NCBI GenBank assembly: GCA_017410525.1
Contig: JAFQQQ010000002.1
Coordinates: 205,591 to 269,590, forward strand
Source of the DNA: Bacilli bacterium
GTDB taxonomy: Bacteria > Bacillota_I > Bacilli_A > RF39 > UBA660
Direction: 5' to 3'
Length of the DNA: 64,000 nucleotides
In this document: piece after piece, positions 10,658 through 17,411 of the stretch
How the letters are laid out: each line of letters opens with the position of its first letter
Numbering within the stretch: position 1 is the first letter of the stretch
Notes under the pieces: generated by a model
What the model was told of the DNA's origin: nothing
Databases searched by the model: none
The model's input: the letters and a program-made list of their open reading frames with translations, nothing else
Made by a program: the position numbers and the translations under genes

Positions 10658-11158
10658 ATGAAAAAATATATAGATTGTGATGGTGTTATTTTTGATTCTG
10701 AAATTTGGTTATTTGATGATGAATATAGAAGTTTAAAAATTAAAGATGAATTTAATAAAATAAAATATATTCAAACTAAAGATTGGAATGAAATATTAAG
10801 AAAAAGCGGAATTATAAATGATGCAATTAATATTTTAAAAGAATTAAGAGATTTTGCTATTTTAACAAAAGTACATTCTATGGAAAATGAAGGAGTAGCT
10901 AAAATAAAATTGTTTAGAAGTCTAGATATCAAAAACGAAATAATACTTGTGCCATATACTTTGAAAAAAACAGATGTAGTAGATCCTTGTGGTAATATTT
11001 TAGTAGATGATACAGTTCATAATTTAGATGATTGGAAAGAAGAAGGTGGAATACCAATATTCTTTAATAAAGATAACTTAGATATAGATGGATGGGGAAA
11101 AGAAAATAAAAAATATCCTAAAATTAAAAGTTTAGATTATTTAAAAAAGATAAAATAG
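10658..11158 (+). CDS. HAD-superfamily 5'(3')-deoxyribonucleotidase-like protein
   Basis: YIDCDGVIFD (DxDxV motif I) at the N-terminus, VDD near the C-terminal part. Size is about 165 aa. Confidence 0.5.
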   Translation: MKKYIDCDGVIFDSEIWLFDDEYRSLKIKDEFNKIKYIQTKDWNEILRKSGIINDAINILKELRDFAILTKVHSMENEGVAKIKLFRSLDIKNEIILVPYTLKKTDVVDPCGNILVDDTVHNLDDWKEEGGIPIFFNKDNLDIDGWGKENKKYPKIKSLDYLKKIK

Positions 11159-11167
11159 GAGATAAAT

Positions 11168-11752
11168 ATGAAAATAGTTTTAGCGACAACATCAAAATTT
11201 AAAAATGAGATAATGGATACAGTAGGTATCAAACATTCTATGATTGAAAGTGATTTTAATGAAGATTTAGTTAGTGAAAAAAATGTATATGAATACGTAA
11301 AGAAATTAGCGCTAGGTAAAGCAAGTAGTGTTAAAGAAAAAGTAAATAATTCTATAATTATAGGTCTTGATACTATTAACTATGTAGATGGTATTATTCA
11401 AGAAAAACCTAAAGATTTAAATGATGCTAGAAAAAATATAGAAATGTGTAGAAATAAGACTACTAAAGTAATAACTGGTATATGTATTATTGATCAAAAA
11501 ACTAATGAAATAATAAATACATATGCAGAGACTAAAGTAACTTTAAGAGATATAGATGATATAGATATTGATTATTATATGGAAAATGAACCTAATATTA
11601 TGTATGCGTCTGGATTTATACTTGAAACTATATTATCTAATTTTATAGATAAAATAGAAGGTAGTTACTATAATATATTAGGAGTACCAGTTGAAATAAT
11701 ATATAAATATATTAATGATATGGGATATAATTTAAAGGATATGGAGGAATAA
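11168..11752 (+). CDS. maf: Maf-family nucleoside triphosphate pyrophosphatase
   Basis: MKIVLATTS...GLDTI...GSYYNILGVP pattern typical of Maf/YhdE. Confidence 0.8.
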   Translation: MKIVLATTSKFKNEIMDTVGIKHSMIESDFNEDLVSEKNVYEYVKKLALGKASSVKEKVNNSIIIGLDTINYVDGIIQEKPKDLNDARKNIEMCRNKTTKVITGICIIDQKTNEIINTYAETKVTLRDIDDIDIDYYMENEPNIMYASGFILETILSNFIDKIEGSYYNILGVPVEIIYKYINDMGYNLKDMEE

Positions 11753-11754
11753 TT

Positions 11755-12084
11755 GTGGAACAAATATATAATAAATTAGTTAGGGATAATATACCAGAAA
11801 TAATAGAATCTAACGGAGAAAAACCTATAATAAGTATATTAGATGATAATAGATATAAAGAAGAATTAGAGAAAAAGTTATATGAAGAATATTTAGAAGT
11901 AATAGATTCTAGTTATAGTAGTAGAATAGAAGAATTAGCTGATATGTTAGAAGTCATTAGTGCTCTTGCTAAATTAGAAGATAAGACTTTGGATGATGTA
12001 GTGGAAGTAGCTAAAGAGAAAGTAAAAAAAAGAGGAGCTTTTGATAAAAAAATATTTTTAGAGAAGGTTATAAGCGATAAATAG
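11755..12084 (+). CDS. MazG-like / phosphoribosyl-ATP-pyrophosphohydrolase-like NTP pyrophosphohydrolase
   Basis: YNKLVRDNIPEII start and EELADMLEV helix pair. GTG start with a GGAGG RBS. Confidence 0.65.
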   Translation: MEQIYNKLVRDNIPEIIESNGEKPIISILDDNRYKEELEKKLYEEYLEVIDSSYSSRIEELADMLEVISALAKLEDKTLDDVVEVAKEKVKKRGAFDKKIFLEKVISDK

Positions 12085-12173
12085 ATTTCTTTGAATGTAG
12101 AAATCTTTTTATAATAATTTGATTTTTAATTTAAACCATGATAGTATAATAGTCAATTTAAATGGGGGATATT

Positions 12174-13415
12174 ATGAATGAAAAATACTTAATTATTAAT
12201 GCTGGTAGTTCATCTTTAAAATTTTCTTTATATGAAATTCCAGAAGTAAAAGAAATTGTAAATGGTTGCGTAGAAAAAATAGGAAATGAAGATAGTTTTT
12301 ATACTTTAAAATATGACGATAAAAAAGAAGAAAAAGTAAAAGTAATTATGAATCATACTCAAGCTGTAGAAACTATGCTTTATGAGTTGTTAATAAATAA
12401 TTTTATAAGTGATGTTAATGAAATAAAAGGAGTAGGACATAGAGTACTACATGGTGGAGAAAAATATTTTGATTCAGTTGTAATTGACGATGAAGTTATA
12501 AACGATATAGTCGATTTAACTAAATTAGGGCCACTTCACCACCCAGGTAATTTATCAGGAATACTTGCTATGCAAAAAGCAATACCACATATACCACAAA
12601 TAGCTGTATTTGATACTTCTTTTCATCAAACAATAAATGAAGAAAATTATATATATCCTATACCATACTCTTGGTATAATGAAAATGGAGTAAGAAAATA
12701 TGGCTTTCATGGGACTAGTCATAAATATATTACGGAAACTATGCAACAATATTTAGATAAAAAAGATGTTAACTTAATAATTTGCCATATTGGTAGTGGA
12801 GCTAGTATGTCTGCAATAAAAAATGGTAAAAGCTGTGATACAACAATGGGTTTAACTCCACTAGATGGACTTATGATGGGTACTCGTTCAGGCTCTATTG
12901 ATCCATCAATTATTGAATATATTTGTAAAGAAAGAAATTTAACTGTATCTGAAGTTACTAATATTTTAAATAAAGAAAGCGGTTTAAAAGGAATAAGTGG
13001 CGTAAATGATTTCAGAGATGTAACAGCTTTAGCTAAACAAGGAAATCATAATGCAAAATTAGCTATAAAATTATTTGAAAAATCAATAGTTAAATATATC
13101 GCGCAATATTATTTTGAATTAAATGGTGATGTAGATGCTATTATATTTACTGCAGGTGTAGGAGAAAATATGTCCTACGTTAGAGAAGATATAGTTAATC
13201 TTATTTCAAAACCAATGGGTATAAAAATTAATAAAGAAATTAATGATAACATTGCTAAGTTTAAGCAATATCAAAGTGGTGTTATAACAACAGATGATTC
13301 TAAAATTAAAGTAATGGTTATACCTACTAATGAAGAATTAATGATATTAAAGGATACTGTTAGATTAACTAAAAAATCAAAAGATTTAAATAAAGAGAAA
13401 AAATTAACTAAATAA
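12174..13415 (+). CDS. ackA: Acetate kinase
   Basis: INAGSSSLKF, HRVLHGG, FDTSFH, GFHGTSH and GVGEN motifs. I prefer the ATG at 12174 (GGGGGA RBS) over 12162. Confidence 0.95.
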   Translation: MNEKYLIINAGSSSLKFSLYEIPEVKEIVNGCVEKIGNEDSFYTLKYDDKKEEKVKVIMNHTQAVETMLYELLINNFISDVNEIKGVGHRVLHGGEKYFDSVVIDDEVINDIVDLTKLGPLHHPGNLSGILAMQKAIPHIPQIAVFDTSFHQTINEENYIYPIPYSWYNENGVRKYGFHGTSHKYITETMQQYLDKKDVNLIICHIGSGASMSAIKNGKSCDTTMGLTPLDGLMMGTRSGSIDPSIIEYICKERNLTVSEVTNILNKESGLKGISGVNDFRDVTALAKQGNHNAKLAIKLFEKSIVKYIAQYYFELNGDVDAIIFTAGVGENMSYVREDIVNLISKPMGIKINKEINDNIAKFKQYQSGVITTDDSKIKVMVIPTNEELMILKDTVRLTKKSKDLNKEKKLTK

Positions 13416-13436
13416 TAATATTTTAAGGAGGGAGAT

Positions 13437-14075
13437 ATGAAAGTAATTGAGTTGGAAGAAAAATATATTTTAGAATATATAAAATATATGATTTCTAGTT
13501 TTAAAACAATACCTATAGAAATAAATAATGCTAAATATCATCATAATACAAGTTATTCTGATGTACCTTTGGTTTTAAAACAAGGTATTTTGTCGGTGTC
13601 AGAATTAAATAGATTAGGTATAAAAAAATATTCTCCTGAAATATTAAATTTATGGAGTGACATAGAGTCACATATTAATGGTATAGATTCAATATCATTA
13701 TCTGTAGTTGGTTTAAAAGATTTATATGTAGATGAATTTGAATATGATCCGTTTATACCAACAAAAGTAGATTTGAATATTTCAAGTGATATATCTACAC
13801 TAAGATCAAGTATACATTATGGAAATGAATTTTTATGTTATGAAAATATAGGAATTGATAAAATAAAATCAATTGATATAAGATTACTAGAATTAATTGA
13901 AAAAAGAAAAGATTTTACAATAAAAGATATAATAAATAAATATAATTGTTTAAAGGATGTTGCATTAGCAATTAAAGAAAATAACTTAGATATTCCTTTT
14001 AGAGAAATGTCTAATGATAATTGTGCATTAGATATAACTAAAGTGTCAGAGATGCCTAAATTAATTTTAAAATAA
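13437..14075 (+). CDS. Hypothetical protein
   Basis: 212-aa ORF with a GGAGGGAG RBS. Terminator CAAATGAAA/TTTCATTTG plus T-run lies just after the stop. No family recognised. Confidence 0.55.
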   Translation: MKVIELEEKYILEYIKYMISSFKTIPIEINNAKYHHNTSYSDVPLVLKQGILSVSELNRLGIKKYSPEILNLWSDIESHINGIDSISLSVVGLKDLYVDEFEYDPFIPTKVDLNISSDISTLRSSIHYGNEFLCYENIGIDKIKSIDIRLLELIEKRKDFTIKDIINKYNCLKDVALAIKENNLDIPFREMSNDNCALDITKVSEMPKLILK

Positions 14076-14147
14076 AGCAAATGAAAAAATTTCATTTGTT
14101 TTTTTAAAATATTTATATATAATAGAGATAGAAAAAAGGTGATTTAA

Positions 14148-14324
14148 ATGATATATATAGTAAGACATGGACAGACGGATTATAATGTAGAAGGTAGATA
14201 TGGTGGTAGGATAGGTGTAGAATTAAATATTAAAGGAATTGGGCAATCACATATCATTCATAATGAATTAAAGAATATAAAGTTTGATAATGAAAAACTA
14301 AAAGAATTACAAAAATATATATAA
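14148..14324 (+). pseudogene. Truncated histidine-phosphatase (PGAM/CobC-like) gene remnant
   Basis: My translation is MIYIVRHGQTDYNVEGRYGGRIGVELNIKGIGQSH..., which carries the RHG catalytic motif. It stops after 58 codons, whereas family members run about 190-210 aa. A start-less reading frame follows to 14503. Confidence 0.6.
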
Positions 14325-14522
14325 TAGTTCATGACAATATTGATTTTGACTCTTATTTTTCAAGTTATATATTATCTAAAATACTTCAAAGTTTAAACAC
14401 AAATGCTATTTTTACTATTTTTGATGATTATAATATTGGTGATGATGATAGAAAAATAATAGATGGTTATAAAAAAGAAAAAAATAGAATTAAACAAAAA
14501 TAGAAAAAAATGTAAAAAGGTG

Positions 14523-14551
14523 TTGACAAACAAAAAAAATTAGAGTATTAT
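14523..14551 (+). promoter_or_regulatory. Sigma-A-type promoter of the leader and RSH operon
   Basis: TTGACA (14523-14528), 17-nt spacer, TATTAT (14546-14551). Confidence 0.6.
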
Positions 14552-14593
14552 TTAATGTAATATTTTTATCTTTTTAGACAAAGGAGGAATATT

Positions 14594-14740
14594 ATGGTTA
14601 ATTGCTTTAACATAGAAAGATCAGTGATAAAATCAAAATCTAATGTTATTTGCAACAGCTTCTGCTGCAATACTTTAGTATGCTTTTCAATTCTTTCTTG
14701 TCTAAATGAAAAGATGAAAAGCGATATAGCAAAGTCTTAA
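14594..14740 (+). CDS. Small Cys-rich ORF (48 aa, 6 Cys) within the operon leader; either a RiPP-type precursor or an attenuation leader peptide
   Basis: My translation is MVNCFNIERSVIKSKSNVICNSFCCNTLVCFSILSCLNEKMKSDIAKS. A strong RBS AAAGGAGGAATATT precedes the ATG. The TAA stop (14738-14740) lies in the apical loop of the terminator hairpin. Below the size cutoff of the supplied track. Confidence 0.55.
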   Translation: MVNCFNIERSVIKSKSNVICNSFCCNTLVCFSILSCLNEKMKSDIAKS

Positions 14741-14772
14741 TGACTTTTCTTGTCGCCTTTCATCTTTTTTCT
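14709..14772 (+). terminator. Intrinsic terminator / attenuator between the leader ORF and the RSH gene
   Basis: Outer stem AAGATGAAAAGCGA (14711-14724) pairs with TCGCCTTTCATCTT (14753-14766): 13 bp plus 1 mismatch. Inner stem AAAGTC/GACTTT spans 14731-14747. A TTTTTTCTT run follows. The competing pairing is GCTTTTCA (14682-14689) with TGAAAAGC (14715-14722). Confidence 0.7.
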
Positions 14773-14803
14773 TATAAAAATATAAAAGGAAAAGGAGGGA
14801 TTT

Positions 14804-16237
14804 ATGATAACTATTGAAAAATTATTAAATCATGTAAATACTTATAATCCTGGAGAAGAAGAAATTATAAGAAAAGCTTATGAGTATGCTGATTATTTAC
14901 ATGGAAATCAAATTAGACAAAGTGGAGAACCATATATTACACATCCTTTGAATGTTGCTTATATTTTATCTGAAATGCATGCAGATAGAGATACAATATG
15001 TGCTGCACTCTTACACGATACTCTAGAAGATACAAATACAACTAAAGAAGAAATAGCTGATTTATTTAATAAAGAAATAGCTAACTTAGTAGACGGAGTA
15101 ACAAAGATAAGTAAAATGAATTTTTCTAGTAAAGCAGAACAAAATTTAGCAAACACAAGAAAAATCATAACAGGGCTTACAGAAGATGTAAGAATAATAA
15201 TAATAAAATTAGCCGATAGACTTCATAACATGAGAACTTTAGAATTTAAATCTGAATTTAAGCAAAAAGAAAATTCTTTAGAAACAATGGAAATATTTGT
15301 ACCGCTTGCTTATTATATAGGTGCTTATAGAATAAAAAGTGAGCTAGAAGATATATCTTTTAAATATTTAAAACCAGATAAATATAAAGAAATAGAACAT
15401 AGAATAAATAACTCTAGTATTGAAAATAATAATTGCTTAAATGAAATGTTATTGAATATAGAAGAAATATTAAATAATGAGTCAATACCACATGAAATAA
15501 AAGTTAGAACAAAAAATATATATGGAATATATAAAAGAATAGATAATGGAGAAAACAAAATAAGTGATATACACGATTTATTATCTTTAAAAATAATGGT
15601 AGATGATATAAAAAATTGTTATATAACACTAGGTCTTATACATGATAAATATCATCCAATAAATGGAAGATTTAAAGATTATATTTGTAATCCTAAAACA
15701 AATCTATATAAATCTTTACATTCTACAGTATTTGGGCCTAATGAAAAATTAGTACAAACACAAATAAGAACATTTGATATGGATAAAATAGCATCCTTTG
15801 GTTTAACAGCATATTGGGATATAAATAAAGGTGATGCAAGATATACTATGCAACAAGATTTAAGAGATAATTTTCAATTTTTTAAATCATTATCAGATAT
15901 AAATGTTATGTTTAAGGATAATCAAGATTTTGTATCTCAAATAAAGAATGAATTATTCGCAAATAAAATTTATGTGTATACTACTAACGGTAAAATAATA
16001 GAATTACCTAAAGGATCAAATATTATTGATTTAGCTTGTTATATGGACATAGAAAATGTATTAATAGGAGCTAAAGTAAATGATGAAATAGTTCCTATTG
16101 ATTATATTTTAAAAAATAAAGATAGGGTAATACCACTTATAGATGAATTATCTTATGGATATAGAGAAAGTTGGATAGAAAAAGCGAATACAGTTTATGC
16201 TAAAAAGAAAATAAAGGGGTTAATAGAGAGTAGGTAA
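14804..16237 (+). CDS. RelA/SpoT homologue: HD hydrolase + RelA/SpoT-type domain + TGS, lacking the usual C-terminal regulatory domains
   Basis: HD region: YITHPLNVA...LLHDTLEDT...ADRLHNMRT. Synthetase-like region: RTKNIYGIYKRI...RFKDYICNPKTNLYKSLHST...VQTQIRTFDM...ASFGLTAYW. TGS-like region: IYVYTTNGKIIELPKGSNIIDLACYM. It is 477 aa, against about 730 aa for typical long Rel proteins. Confidence 0.8.
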   Translation: MITIEKLLNHVNTYNPGEEEIIRKAYEYADYLHGNQIRQSGEPYITHPLNVAYILSEMHADRDTICAALLHDTLEDTNTTKEEIADLFNKEIANLVDGVTKISKMNFSSKAEQNLANTRKIITGLTEDVRIIIIKLADRLHNMRTLEFKSEFKQKENSLETMEIFVPLAYYIGAYRIKSELEDISFKYLKPDKYKEIEHRINNSSIENNNCLNEMLLNIEEILNNESIPHEIKVRTKNIYGIYKRIDNGENKISDIHDLLSLKIMVDDIKNCYITLGLIHDKYHPINGRFKDYICNPKTNLYKSLHSTVFGPNEKLVQTQIRTFDMDKIASFGLTAYWDINKGDARYTMQQDLRDNFQFFKSLSDINVMFKDNQDFVSQIKNELFANKIYVYTTNGKIIELPKGSNIIDLACYMDIENVLIGAKVNDEIVPIDYILKNKDRVIPLIDELSYGYRESWIEKANTVYAKKKIKGLIESR

Positions 16238-16240
16238 AAA

Positions 16241-17401
16241 ATGTTATTTAGATTAGTTGCAATTCGTTGTCATAAAAATATAATTTTCTGTGACAGTTTT
16301 AATGAAAACTTTGAAAAAATACAATTAGCAATTCCATCAGAACTTTTCAACTCATTAGGACTTAAAGTAGGTAGTGTAATTTCTACAAATTATCAAATTA
16401 CTAAAAATAAATATGGAAATGATTTGTATTTCATAAATGATGTACAAAATGTATCAAATCATAATAAAAATATATCTTTTAAATCTATAAATACAAAATT
16501 ATCATCCATGAATCAATCTAGTTTTATTAGTGCATTAAATGGTGGAGTTAATTTAAAATATTGGGAAATGAAACAAAAACTTTTAGAAGAAATTAGAAAA
16601 TTTTTAGTAAATAGAAGTTACATAGAAGTAAATACTTCATTGTTAATGGATAATAGAGGTACTAGTACTGTTAACCCTATGCAAGTAAATGGTAAATACT
16701 GTGGTAATAAATATTTAAAAATAACTCATGAATTAGAATTAAAAAAAATTTGTTATCTTACTTTAAAATCATTATTTGAGATAGGATATGTAACAAGAGA
16801 TGTATATTCTACTAGTAAATCTGCTAATCAATATTTAACATTTGAATTAGTTGCACCTATAGAAGATACATTAACAGCAGAAGAATTATATATTTATGTT
16901 TATGAGATTGCAATTAAGTTGGCTGAATCATATGGTATTTCTTATAATGAGATATTTAATAAAATAGAAACAGTGGATGTTTTAAAATTATATTTATCAA
17001 ATCATAAAAAGATTGATAAGAAAGAATTCCTTGAGTTTTATAAAAAACTATTAGAATTAGAAAAAAATATAATATATGTAAATGCGCCTACCAATACTCC
17101 TTTAGCGAAAGAATCAGAATACGGAATACCTTTAGAAACAAAATGGGCTATAGGAAATAGGGGTATAGGTCATGGATATTATGATCAAAATCAGTTATCG
17201 GTTATAGAAAATTTATTTGAATTACAAAAAGATGCACTAAAAGAAAAAGGGATAGATTCCAGTGTTGATAAAGAATACTTAATGACTTTAATGTATGCAG
17301 GTATAGATACAAAAAGTTTAAATATAGGGATTGATAGATTTATGTATAAATTTTTAGGTTTAGATCACGAAGAGAAAGCAATAAAAATATTAGGATTATA
17401 G
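16241..17401 (+). CDS. Divergent class IIb aminoacyl-tRNA-synthetase paralogue (Asp/Asn/Lys-RS-like: OB fold plus a compact catalytic core)
   Basis: N-terminal OB-fold-like pattern (LFRLVAIRCHKNIIFCDS...KIQLAI...GSVISTNYQI). Motif 1-like IRKFLVNRSYIEVNTSLL. Degenerate motif 2, GYVTRDVYSTSKSANQYLTFELVAP. Motif 3, LNIGIDRFMYKFLGL. Confidence 0.6.
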   Translation: MLFRLVAIRCHKNIIFCDSFNENFEKIQLAIPSELFNSLGLKVGSVISTNYQITKNKYGNDLYFINDVQNVSNHNKNISFKSINTKLSSMNQSSFISALNGGVNLKYWEMKQKLLEEIRKFLVNRSYIEVNTSLLMDNRGTSTVNPMQVNGKYCGNKYLKITHELELKKICYLTLKSLFEIGYVTRDVYSTSKSANQYLTFELVAPIEDTLTAEELYIYVYEIAIKLAESYGISYNEIFNKIETVDVLKLYLSNHKKIDKKEFLEFYKKLLELEKNIIYVNAPTNTPLAKESEYGIPLETKWAIGNRGIGHGYYDQNQLSVIENLFELQKDALKEKGIDSSVDKEYLMTLMYAGIDTKSLNIGIDRFMYKFLGLDHEEKAIKILGL

Positions 17402-17411
17402 AGGTGAACAA

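Noticed and set aside
14329-14503. Possible CDS following the truncated phosphatase gene.
   Set aside because: The longer frame has no start codon or RBS, and the only ATG-initiated ORF here is about 21 codons. It is better explained as a remnant, and is included in the gene-debris finding instead.
14594-14740. Identity of the six-Cys peptide with the SCIFF (six cysteines in forty-five residues) ranthipeptide precursor family.
   Set aside because: The count of Cys and the length are similar. However, as I remember them, SCIFF peptides have a conserved GGCGECQTSCQSACKTSC-type C-terminus and an adjacent dedicated SPASM maturase. This peptide shares neither the sequence nor the Cys spacing, so only the generic Cys-rich precursor idea is retained.
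14552-14803. T-box or other known riboswitch as the explanation for the leader upstream of an operon containing aaRS-type genes.
   Set aside because: I looked for the T-box core (…GGTGGNACCGCG…), a specifier loop/K-turn arrangement, and the conserved cores of the ykkC/ppGpp, PRPP, SAM and lysine riboswitches, and could not find any. The leader instead carries a well-initiated ORF. Only an Infernal/Rfam scan could exclude these formally.
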